Shown here in pieces: positions 48,801 through 64,000 of a stretch of 64,000 bases of DNA. The position numbers and the translations under genes were made by a program. Position 1 is the stretch's first letter; every line of letters begins with the position of its first letter. This stretch comes from Azolla caroliniana (lineage: Eukaryota; Plantae; Polypodiophyta), in contig JBHGNT010000012.1 of assembly GCA_043228905.1 (NCBI GenBank), forward strand, positions 6,076,001 through 6,140,000, written 5' to 3'. The notes under the pieces are model-generated. The model searched no databases and was not told where the DNA came from. It saw only the letters and a program-made list of their open reading frames with translations.

Positions 48801-51800
48801 TAACTGTTGATGAGATAGAAGTAGGTACTCCTAACTAGCACTTAGATTCATGGGAAAACATATACATGTATATAATTTAAGATAACATATGGCATCACGC
48901 ATGAGTGTCATGTGGCAAAAGCATGAGATACTTTTGACTCTACTTCAATAGGCTTAACAGCACTCATCACACCTCTCTATTGCAATCTTCCACTTGATAC
49001 TTTCAGTTGATTATTGAGCAGTTTTTATCTTTTCCTTTACTATTCTCTCTCTAGATGGGTTCCTATCCACCACAAGTATTCATGCTCACCACTCATCTCC
49101 TAGTTCAAAACTCCGGCAGTTTCAACCCAATATGCACAGATCCGCTGGTGCTACCGCATTACAATGTATAGTCTGTCTGTGTGTCCATGCATATACTATA
49201 GCATTTATACATGCAGTTATTGCTTATAATACAAATACATTAAAACACACACTGTTATATACTTACTATGCAACATAATACAAACATAAATGTGATGTAA
49301 GATATACCAGCTAATTTGTGTAGATTCTAGATGTTAGAGCGAATGTTTCCTTCTTCGTCTGACATATTATATTTTGCAGATAAAACACATTGCTCTGAAA
49401 CTTCACTGATTGTATACATTTTGCAGCTTCTGAAATTGTATGTGGATGTTTATCTAGGCAATCAATATCATATGGAAAATTTTGGCCTATGATTACATGT
49501 ACTTGGTTTGTATTTATTTTCTATCATGAAGTCCTATAAGTATTTGGTTAATATCACATGAAGCTCTAAGTATTTGGGTAATATCATGATTATGGAAACT
49601 CTAAAAGGGCAGTATTGACCAAGATGTCCTAGAAAAAACGGGCATATTGGACAAGATGAGATAGAAAGGGCATGCAAGACAATTGCAATTGCAAATGTCA
49701 GATCAAGGTTAAACCTTGGAATACTAGGTTCCTAGGGTAAGATTTTATCTCCCAAACACTGAGCAAGATATTTTCTAAGCACCTCATATCAGTTCCGTAA
49801 TAACATATGTAGAATCACAACTTACATATAGCAATTAGAAACACACTTCATGTTGTCCATGACAATTTAATAACATATATTATTACTTTGAACAACATCA
49901 ATAAGTACATTATGCTCACAGATATGAAACCAAAAGTAATTCAAGTCATGAAATACAGAGCTGCATAATAGGTGAAATTATTTCAACCTTTTTGCATGGA
50001 AAAGAAAGACAAGTTATATAAAAGCCCAGATATACATTTTAAACCCCCAAAAAATCAGTTGAAACATCAAAATTGGACTCCATATGGCAGAGACATGGCA
50101 TGTTAGATTTTGTTTCTGATTTATTCTTGTGGAATTTTGTTCCCTTCATAAAACATTTTCATCTACGTTTTCGTGAATGGCAGCACCTCTGGAATGTGAA
50201 TCTCAATTTCAAGGAAACTTTTCCATGCTAATCAGCTGAGTTCAACCCACATGCATGAAATTAAATAAATTGAGAGAGAACTAATAGAAAACTTATATAT
50301 TCCTATCAGATTGTGTTCCCTTTATAAATCTTTTTAAATGGAAAGTTTAAATACCCCTTTTTTTGTCATGTTTGACTAAACAAACCCTTCACTAATAGGC
50401 CAAGTTTCTTTTCATGCATGAAGAATAAGAAATCATGTCAAAATAATGCAAACCTGTAGGAACGTAACATAAAATTTAACATTCGTAATCAATGCTATCC
50501 ATTTTATAAATTGCTTCAACTAGCGACTTCAAATTTTATTTCTTTTACGAATATATTCAAACGGCAAGTTCCAAAATTTGAGCAGTGTGCTGTAGCAAAT
50601 AATGATACCTTCTTTCCAAAACTGTATCATGTGATTGACACCAAACATGAAACATCCAGCTGAAGCCAAAGATGTGAGGACATCCACCAATAACATAAAC
50701 TTTGGCTTCTGATCAGAATCCATTAAGAAGGCATAAACTTTGGCTTCCATCGATGAAGCACGTTATGTTTTAGCTTCAGAGCAGGATTCTTCAATAAAAC
50801 GTGACTTTTGGCTTTTGACCAGGCTCCAGTGTTAACAGGATGAAACAACGAAGCATGATTCTTGTCTTCAGAACGAGATCCATAGGCTAAGCATAAAAAT
50901 AGAGGACGCACTACAATTGAGTCCCATCTATAAGCATGAATTTTGGCTTTAGCCCAGGATTCATCAATAAGACATAAAAATTGACATATTAAAACTAAGA
51001 AGCACAAACAGAAGACCCTTGGGACCCAAAACATAACTTGCAGAGCATTCTTCCTACTAACATAGTCAGGGTTAAAGAGGAATACAAAAAAACAAAGTAA
51101 ATCCTAAGCAGTGATGACACCAAGAGGGTTCTCTTGAGTTATTGCCTAGCCTCCACAAAGGATTTCACAGTTTCCCTTTCTGAGTTTGATGCATCGGTCT
51201 CCAGCTTAGTGTTATTGTGTTTACAATGGAGAGAGAGAGAGAGGGAGGGAGGGGTCGATCACGCCATGGTTGTGATGGTTATGTCAACTGTTTGGAGACC
51301 GTACAGCCGTGACCTTGATACACCAATGTGGAGTGCCATCTAGGAGAAATGATACATGGTGTCATAAAGACAGCGTAAGTTGGGGGGAATTGAACCCATG
51401 ACTTTGATTTGATAGCTTTACATCTTACCCCAAGGGTAATTCAATCATGATAAAATAAAGAGAGAGAGAGACTGCAAACCCTTAATTTACGAGACATATA
51501 CATAAACAAGAGAGTGTCAGCATAAAATGCTGAGATATACTAAGAAATGCAAACCGAATGGGTGGAAAGGGAGACAGAAAAAAAAAACTCACAATTCTTA
51601 ATGGATGAGGCATAAAAATATGGATTCATACTAAGTAGTGTAAACCAGAGAGAGAGAGAGAGAGAGATCGCATCATATTGATGCAGTGAGAAAGAATGAA
51701 TATATAGTAATGCTAAACAGCAAGAACAAAACAATGAGATGGAATGGAATGAGACCACACGAGATGAGATATTAAGGTCTTTGAGAGAGAGAGAGAAATG

Positions 51801-51983
51801 CATACCACAGATCTTGATGGGAGCTTCGAGCTCCAGGAGGATGGGCTGCTGCATGAAGATGACTCCGGATGCAGAGCAGAGGTGTCTGATCTCGGCCTCT
51901 GAGAGCTGAACCGGCTTCCCAGGGCGTTGAGTCCTCACCTCTAAGAGCCGATTGATGATGTCGTCCACCACCGAAGCATCCAT
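45891..51983 (-). CDS. PP1: Serine/threonine protein phosphatase PP1 catalytic subunit (TOPP family), 4 exons
   Basis: Exons 51983-51806, 47573-47014, 46911-46690 and probable last exon 45905-45891 (EAEA-stop). Motifs [51 protein letters not shown]. Confidence 0.95.
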
Positions 51984-52558
51984 GGAACCGAAAAGGAAGA
52001 ATCGAAACAAACTACTATGGATTACTGCTAATCCACACCAAAATCCGTATAGATGGGAATCCTCTCGCTTCCTTTTACTCCTCTCTTCTTCCTCTTCCTC
52101 TCCCTTCTTTTCCTCTGCAGAGTCTCTGTCTCTGTCTGTGTCTCTGTTTCTCTCTTCCCTTTCTCTTGTGCCTCTCTGTTCTGAAGAAGAAGAAGAAGAA
52201 GAAGAAGAAGAGAAATGCAAGAAAGATCCCTTCCTTCCTTCCTTCCTTCCTGTTCTGTTCTGTTTCTCCCAAACGACTTTACAAATACACGTGTGTGCGT
52301 GCGTGTGGGAGACCCTCCATTCGGCTTGACTCGGCTTGACTCGGCTTGACTTGACTTTGGCCTTACCACCACCCAGAGTGTCTTGACCAGAGCTCGAACC
52401 TAGAGAGATGAATTGTCTCTTCGCCTGCCTATTTTGTCGCCATGTTTTTTTTCTCCCTCTGCAAGAATGGCATCATCAGGCCATCTCGATGTGCTAGTGG
52501 ACAGATCGATGAGTCTGAGTCTTCTTCATTATCGCTCGTCCTGGTCCCTACAATGGCT

Positions 52559-52787
52559 AATGGTGATGGTGATGGTGATGGTGATGGGTCATGGTCATGG
52601 TCATGATAAGAGACGGAGAAAAAGTAAAGTCCACTAGCATTCCATATTGCAATATGGGCTTATATGGTGATGGTGATGGTGATGGTGATGGTGATGGTGA
52701 TGGGACATGGTCATGGTCATGGTCATGATAAGAGACGGAGAAAAAATAAAGTCCACTGGCATTCCATTATTGCAATATGGGCTTATA
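52559..52787. repeat. Tandem duplication (~110-120 bp) containing (TGGTGA)n(TGGTCA)n
   Basis: Two copies each ending GATAAGAGACGGAGAAAAA...GCAATATGGGCTTATA. Confidence 0.85.
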
Positions 52788-54027
52788 TAATATACTAGAA
52801 ATCACACAATCAATGGGTTTAGGTATGTATATGAAAGCTTTGCCTCACTGACAATGTCTGTAAGGGGAGGTAACTAGTAGATGCCATGGTGAAGGAGGGC
52901 AATTGTAGTTCACTTCAAAGTTCATACAATTGCATTTCTGGATTGGGACATGTTCTTATGTGTTCTACATCCTTTACGATTTTGTCCTGAGTCCTTTAAT
53001 AGTTGATTTCCCATTTATTCTACCTTGAGAACTATGAAAAGGCGGGCTTTTAGAATTGGTTCATAAAGATTGATACAACACACACCTTCTGTTTGGTGAT
53101 GTACGTATAATGGAGAGGTCTTTGTTCACCTTGTTTGAGTCCACTTGGCATTGGCCCTACTCGATCATCACCCTTGCTCGAGATTTGCATCTCATTTGCA
53201 TACAAACTTTTTTGCTCTATTGGAATGGTTAGGCCATACACGTTCGCCTTCGTGTGAATGCCAACATGTTCGACTTACATGTCCTTTTTTATCCCTTTCT
53301 TACACACTAACCCTTGTGGTAGCTATTCTAGGATTAACACATTTATCAAATGCTCTTGCTACGAGTCAAATGGAGATTTGCAAGGGTTTTTTTACTATGC
53401 ATGTTCTTGGCCCTCAAATGCTTGTAGGGGATCTCAAACAAGGACACCTAATGAAGCATACATGTACCATATGGCATATGATTTCCATGGAAGGAAAGGA
53501 AGAAAAGTCAAAGACAAATGTTTTTTTGCACTAGGAGAATTTCTACAAAGGAAGGTGAGGGATGGTAGTAGCAAATGTTGGCATTCCCAAGACGGACAAA
53601 AAAGGGCATGGTGGGGCAAAGGTGAAAACCGTTCCATCATTTACAAAACATTCTAAGTCATCACAAAGTGTCATAGGTTGAAAGTTAGAATAATTCCCTT
53701 GAAAGCTTTTCACTTCAAGGTAGAGTACAATTTGCGTAACTTTCAAGAGCAACATCAAGAAGCAATCGGGAGGGAAGTCAAGAAAATACCCCAATCGAAC
53801 CAATGCACGCAGCACGTTGCCGAGTGACGATGTGGTGTGTTTCGTGCTTGTTTACCAAGGGAGGCAAGCCTTCCCAGAAAGAGTCGATGTAATGCAATGA
53901 TTCTCGGGACCACGACAAGTTTACCAGGGGAAACTTAGCAAGGCAAGTACAATGAACTTAGCCAGGCAATGGTAAGCAGTTTCTGCTACCATATGGGCAT
54001 TCAACTCAACCCACGGGTCTCGACCAC

Positions 54028-54460
54028 GTTCAAATGCCTTCCGTCCTATTTCAGGTGGTGACCACTGACACACTCCTCAGGCCTCTCCAATAGAGGTAGA
54101 GAGAGAGAGAGACACACACACACACAAAAAAAATTACCAGAAAATGGAGGTTCAAATGCCTTCAGTCCAATTTCTTTTTGGTGGTTATTGACTCGCTCCT
54201 CTGGGATCTATGGTAGAGAGAGAGAGAGACACACACACACACACACACACAATTACCAGAAAACAGAGGTTCAAATGCCTTCTGTCCAAATTCTTTCTAG
54301 TGGTTACTGACTCGCACCTCAGGGATCTATGGTAGAGAGGGACACACAAACACACACACACACACACACACAAATTTACCAGAAAACAGAGATTCAAAAT
54401 GCCTCCTTTTGTCCTGTTTCTGGTGGCTAGCGACTTGCTCCTCGGGGATCTCTGGTAGAG
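54028..54460. repeat. ~125-bp tandem repeat (3-4 copies) with embedded (GA)n(CA)n
   Basis: GTTCAAATGCCTTC...GGTAGAGAG...CACACA...TTACCAGAAAA recurs at ~54028, 54150, 54269 and 54392. Confidence 0.85.
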
Positions 54461-54526
54461 AGAAAGAGAGAAAGAGAAAGAAAAGAAAGAAAGAAAGATA
54501 TATTAACGTCTTCTAAGGCCAAAATT

Positions 54527-54595
<69 letters not shown>

Positions 54596-54639
54596 AAGAT
54601 ATATTAACGTCTTCTAAGGCCAAAATTGGTCCATGAGAC

Positions 54640-55373
54640 AAATGGTGTACAACAAAAATGGGATATTTACCCATTCATCGAAAGTAAAAATAAAAATAAG
54701 ATAAAATAGAGTTTAAGCTAAATAGTTCTAAGAAAACAACAAACATGTTCTATATAAAAAACATGTTCTACAATGAGAATGATTCTATACCAGGCCTAAT
54801 TTCATTTCCATCCAAGTCTCTCGAAGAGAAGCGGGGGGTCAAAGGGTTGCCATGTGGATGTGGCCCGTGGTTCCCATGTAAGAGGTACCCCAACCATAGC
54901 TTCGAGTCGACGTAGCTCGCGTTCCCTTATCTTCTTAATCTTTTCTACTCCACGTTGACTTGTGTTGAAGCCCAACATCCGAGGACGTTTGGTTGCTCTT
55001 TGTATTTCTGCTTCCTCAAGGGAGAGGCCGAGCGGCATAAGTGTATCCACATTCATCGTCTCCCCATGTTCCTGAAAAATTACACTAGGTACATGTTGAT
55101 GAGTAGTAAAAGGGTTATGATTAACACTTTGTAATTTATCCTCCCTATGTTGTTTTAGCTCTAAGATATACCTACCTAGTCTCTTTACACTCGGGGTATC
55201 TAATAGTTTGGAGAGGGTGGGAGAGGGTCCTAGTATGTCTTGGTATTCCGCCCGTATCTCGGCATAAGTTGGGCACTTGCATGTGAAGTGATACTCATCC
55301 TCTATCTCTATGTGGCATAACCTACATAGCCTTTCCTCTCTCGGGACTCTATTAGCTCGACCATTCTCAATCT

Positions 55374-55376
<3 letters not shown>
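54640..55376 (-). mobile_element. 3' fragment of a non-LTR retrotransposon (C-terminal CCHC domain, RTEX/CR1-group-like) between (GA)n tracts
   Basis: LEIENGRANRVPREERLCRLCHIEIEDEYHFTCKCPTYAEIR, open to a stop at 54802; truncated at the (CT)n tract. The 3' boundary is approximate. Confidence 0.7.
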
Positions 55377-55419
<43 letters not shown>

Positions 55420-55480
55420 GAGTAGAGCAGAGCAGAGCAGATGTATGTGGAGAACGTGAGGCCAAGCAAGCATTGGGGGG

Positions 55481-55530
55481 CTGACGTGGCGGCCCCTCCA
55501 CGTGGCAAGCCCAGGGTGCGACAGCGTGGC
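55481..55530 (+). promoter_or_regulatory. G-box/ACGT cluster in the FtsH promoter
   Basis: TGACGTGGC, CCACGTGGC and AGCGTGGC within 50 bp, ~100-145 bp upstream of the ATG of a plastid-protein gene. Confidence 0.6.
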
Positions 55531-55582
55531 AGATATAGTCTGAGCCCCCCCATTCTTCTCTCCTTCTCCTCTGGATTTTTAA

Positions 55583-60064
<4,482 letters not shown>

Positions 60065-61671
60065 ATTTGGAGAACCTCACGGAAATTGTATGTTGATTGC
60101 CTAGATTCGAACTAGTGCATGTATATTTGGGATTATACATAACCTTTTCATTCTTGTATTGAAAATCAATCATGTGAAATTCCCTCATTAAGGAATATAA
60201 CTTTGTGATTTTGAAGCTAATATTGCGTACGAAATGTTTCCAGCTATAATGTTTATGGTTTCTAGGAATGAGTTCATAATTTTCTTAGAGCAAACATTTA
60301 TAGGTTTGAGAAATGAGTTTCGGATTTTTAGAGGTAATACTAATATAACCTTTGTGTACAGTCACCTCTTTGGCTTCTCGGGATACTTATCTTGCCCTTT
60401 TCCTAGTAGAGTCCGTTTGGTTGCATACCATGTTAGCTTCTGAGATAGGTCGTGTTGATCTTTTCATGGAATCCATGATGTCCACAGATTGAAAGAGAAT
60501 GCATTGCCATGATTGTGGTATATAAATTAATTCAGAATATGGAATTTGTATACATGTTGGTATTAGGTGTTGTCAATTCCCACCACATGAATTTTGTTTT
60601 TTAGTGAGTATTATGTGAAATGTTTTGGACGGAGTTTGGAGATGAAGATTTTTTACATCACATGTTGATGATGTGTTGGCAACATCCATGAGAGGAAGAA
60701 CATGATGCATGAAACGACAATTCTTACAAAGCACTCTCTCTTAGGATTAAAAATGATAAACCAAAAGAAAATGTAAAAGATGGAATGAAAAACCTAAGTG
60801 CCAAACTTTATCATTTTCAAGAAGGAATATAGGATGCCGAATGAAGATTCAAACACATTATAAACTTGTTTCAAGGCAAAGGTCTATCCGTCTAGGTTGG
60901 ATATAAAAGTGTGTGAGGTTGAAATATACTTATGTAGTGCGTGGAATAGAGTAATCAAGAACAATAATTTTATCCGTGTGAGTAAGGATGGAGAAATGTG
61001 TATAGTGATTGTATTGGATTGATAACATGTGGAAAACAAACTTGAATATGGTTGAAGGTCTTTGGAGCATTATATGAAAATGGGATTCTCATAGCAAAAT
61101 ATGTACTTAGGAGACCATAAGACAAAGACGTTGTTGTCATGAGACTTGGCTCAAAGAAAAGTATATAGTATATACTCAAGAGAGAACACAACAAAGATTT
61201 TGTGTTATAGGATTGTGGATATCTATCCACATACACTTCTCAGTGGGAGGCATCTCAAGCCAAATTGTCATGTATTCTCATCTACCAGTATTCATCAAGA
61301 GACTCTCATTTCGTGCCAAAACATCCCAAAAATATTTGTCCAACACGAAACATACTTCTTCATCTCACCATATCCCCAACACAAAGTGCTCGTGGATTCA
61401 AAAACATGTTATCTCCATTGTGACAATCAAGCATATCATCACACAAATACATGTCCAAACATGAGCATGCAAGGCTCAACACCGTCCACGATTCGAACAA
61501 CTGATGGGTCCCGAAAACATTAAAAGAGAGACATAACAGATATATATCCCGAAACATTAGAAGACATAGCAGATATATATCTCGACTCGAATGAAGCCCG
61601 ATTTGCACCTCGCATTTCTCCGATAAAGAATTGAAACCCAAATTTCGATTCCCACCCGCCTGGCTAACGAG

Positions 61672-62070
61672 CTAGTGCCATGCCATCTCGACGATCACAC
61701 GAGAGGCGAAAGCTGCCTCTCGTGCGGCCAATCAGGTTGTGCCACATCATCACTGCTAAGTGCCATGTCATCCCTCGACGATCACACACGGACACAAAGC
61801 TGCCTCTTGTGGGCAATCAGGTTGTGCCACATCATCACCGCTAGTGCCATGTCATCCTTGACGGAGGCAGAACTGGCTGTTGTGGCCAATCAGGTTGTGT
61901 GCCACATCATCACTGCTAAGTGCCATGTCATCCCTTGACGATCACACACGGAGGCAGAGCTGCCTCTTGTGGCCAACCAGACAGTGCCACATCATCACCA
62001 CGAGTGCCATGTCATCCTGGATGAAGGCAGAGCTGGTTTCTGTGGCCAATCAGGTTGTGCCACATCATCG
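61672..62070. repeat. Minisatellite (~75-85-bp units, ~5 copies) upstream of the carrier gene
   Basis: Repeated GTGGCCAATCAGGTTGTGCCACATCATCAC...AGTGCCATGTCATCC. Confidence 0.9.
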
Positions 62071-62202
62071 CTGCCGCCACATGGCACATACGGAGCAGCA
62101 ACAACTAAGAGGGTGAGCAAGAAATGGGGTTTAAGGGAAATAAAAATAAAGACTTTAGAAACTACCCTAATTCTTCTTCTTGCTTCACACTGTTGACAGT
62201 AC

Positions 62203-62303
62203 AGAGAAGAAGCAGAAGCAGAAGAAGAAGAAGAAGAAGAAGAAGAAGAAGAAGAAGAAGAAGAAGGAGAAGGAGAAGGAGAAGGAGAAGGAGAAGGAGA
62301 AGA
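62203..62303. repeat. (GAA)n/(GAAGGA)n microsatellite in the 5' UTR region
   Basis: Direct reading. Confidence 0.95.
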
Positions 62304-62313
62304 AATAGAAGCG

Positions 62314-62589
62314 ATGATCGGTGAAAGTCAACCTTCTCCTCCCATCTCCATCCCCGTAAGAAGCTCTACAGACAGCTCCTCCTCCACAGAAGCAAAAAGC
62401 TCATCATCATCTTCCTTCGTCAGAGGTTTCTTCTTCAGCAATCACTCATCTCCTTCCTCAGATGCCGATAATCCTTTTCCTCCTCTCAACCCCTCCTATA
62501 ACGCTGCTGACATTGTAGAGAGAGGCATCTCTGCTGCCGGTGCTGCCTTCTTTTCTGCTATCATTGTCAATCCATTGGATGTGGTCAAG
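62314..62589 (+). CDS. MTM1: First exon of a mitochondrial carrier family protein (MTM1/SLC25A39-40-like); gene continues beyond the window
   Basis: ERGISAAGAAFFSAIIVNPLDVVK contains the carrier signature PxDxxK, followed by donor GTTAGT. Confidence 0.75.
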
Positions 62590-63784
62590 GTTAGTGCGGC
62601 TTATATCCCCTCCTTTCCCCCATTTTCCTTGCTAATTTCTGAACAAAGAAAATGCCAAGTGATATAATGCGGATGATGTATTATCATCCTCTGGAGACAC
62701 GTAACTTGACCCGCTTGTCGTCTGTGTCTGGTTCTGGAAGAACATAAACAAGGATAGTTTCTGAGCAAATAATTGTCAAGAGTTATGATTTGGAGTTCAG
62801 AACGTCTTGACAAATGGCCCAACCATCTTGATTTTCTGCGCATCTACCATTTCCTCAGGTTGATCTCACATTCTTGAGAGAGAAAGAGAGATCAACCTGA
62901 GAAAACGAAGTTTAGACTTAACATCTACTAAAGGTGAAAAATGGCCTATCAGAGAAAAACTGTAACCATTGTTTGAAACACGAAACAAGTTCCAAATATA
63001 AGCTAAACAAAAAGGAAAGAGTGATAGCAGAGTTTGGAAACAAGAGTTCGAGTAACCATGTGCTCAGAGAAATGAAATGAAATGTTAAATTAATGTCTTC
63101 AAAATGACAAAGAAACCTCTGGGAGAAAAGTTACATCAAAGTCAATATCATGGGATGTGTAACAAAATTATACCAACTGTCCCTAAATTAGAGAGATAGA
63201 GAACGATGATGTGTTATCGTCCGCTGGGGGCCAAAGTGACCAATGATACCTCCAAGCTTTTACAAAGTAAGCTACCCAGAACTAATGGGGGGGGGAATTA
63301 GGAACAAAGATAAAATGAAATTAGAAATAAATGTGTATTATGGAATTCCAAGTATGCTTGCATTTGCCAATTGTAAACTGAGTTGAGTGCAAAATGCTAA
63401 CAACTGTGCAGCAAAGCTGCCCAAAACCATGAGTGAGGGGCTGCTCTTGGTAGCAGTTCCTGAAATGTGGTGCATTAATGTGGTGCTCATGAAAAGCATC
63501 TCTAATCTCATGATATCCTGGGCACAGCAAGGTCACATGTGCATTTCTGTTACATTTGCCTCTTCTCCTCATTATCCATCCATGCATTTCTATTTTCAGT
63601 GTGTGGGAAAGTGTACACATCAGTGTGATGGCATACCTTGCTCTCTTGGTCATGGTTGTTGGAATGTTCCCATTATTAAGGATACTATGATAGCAGTAGC
63701 CTTCAAACTTTGGGCTATGTTTAATGCTCTATGGTCTTTCAACATTCAAGAACTCCTCCATCATGTTCCACCATGCAAACCATG

Positions 63785-64000
63785 CATAGCGGGAGAATAT
63801 TTAGCATACTATACACTTAGAATATGTATGCTATGTATTCTAAAAATATTCTACTGTTTTTGTAAAAAAATATTTAGGATACATATTCTACAGATAAAAT
63901 ACATTAAATATGGAGAATATGTGTAGAATACGTTAAGTACTTCTTAAAATTTAAAGTTCAATTTCTTTGAAGGTTTTTGGAAATGTGAAATACTTGTTAA
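63785..64000. mobile_element. Second, diverged copy of the 58070 MITE family (runs off the window)
   Basis: GAATATTTAGCATACTATAC...TATGCTATGTATTCTA...TACTTCTTAAAATTTAAAGT matches 58080-58240. Confidence 0.7.

Noticed and set aside
60600-61500. Possible very old copia RT/RNase H remnant (LHCDNQA)
   Set aside because: A single short motif; too degraded to support a call without a profile search.
61672-62070. Repeat-spacer appearance reminiscent of a CRISPR array (also 54028-54460)
   Set aside because: The intervening segments are related to each other, the context is eukaryotic and no cas genes are present; these are minisatellites.
62124-62324. Poly-arginine ORF
   Set aside because: Translation of the (GAA)n/(GAAGGA)n microsatellite.
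62854-62901. 14-bp inverted repeat CTCAGGTTGATCTC/GAGATCAACCTGAG
   Set aside because: Short, with no TSD or other support; cannot be distinguished from a chance or decayed hairpin.
63260-63780. Possible degraded LINE RT on the minus strand, and the 179-aa plus-strand ORF
   Set aside because: No convincing motifs; lies in the presumed intron of the carrier gene.

Overview
Eukaryotic land-plant nuclear DNA (spliceosomal introns, plastid-targeted FtsH); a non-seed plant is plausible but not provable from this window. The first ~39 kb is a stack of nested transposons. A degenerate minus-strand Ty1/copia hosts an 88-bp hairpin insertion and two Ty3/gypsy elements. Further decayed copia pieces follow, then a long inverted-repeat (foldback) element interrupted by an intact, very young copia, and an L1-type LINE between (CATA)n arrays. 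The last ~24 kb is genic: a GT31 beta-1,3-galactosyltransferase (+), a PP1 catalytic subunit (-), a chloroplast type-A FtsH (+) and the first exon of an MTM1-like mitochondrial carrier (+), with two hAT-like MITEs and several minisatellites. The most unusual signal is in the two gypsy elements, which have different LTRs. Both lack a polypurine tract and instead carry a near copy of the tRNA-Arg 3' end (an inverted primer-binding site) 2 nt before the 3' LTR, in addition to a PBS after the 5' LTR. This suggests possible tRNA priming of both DNA strands. The second signal is two inverted-repeat elements (88 bp, and ~2 kb after removing the nested copia) with TG...CA-type ends and 5-bp target duplications, a retroviral-integrase-like signature on foldback DNA. 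All coordinates and alignments were read by eye; no searches were run.
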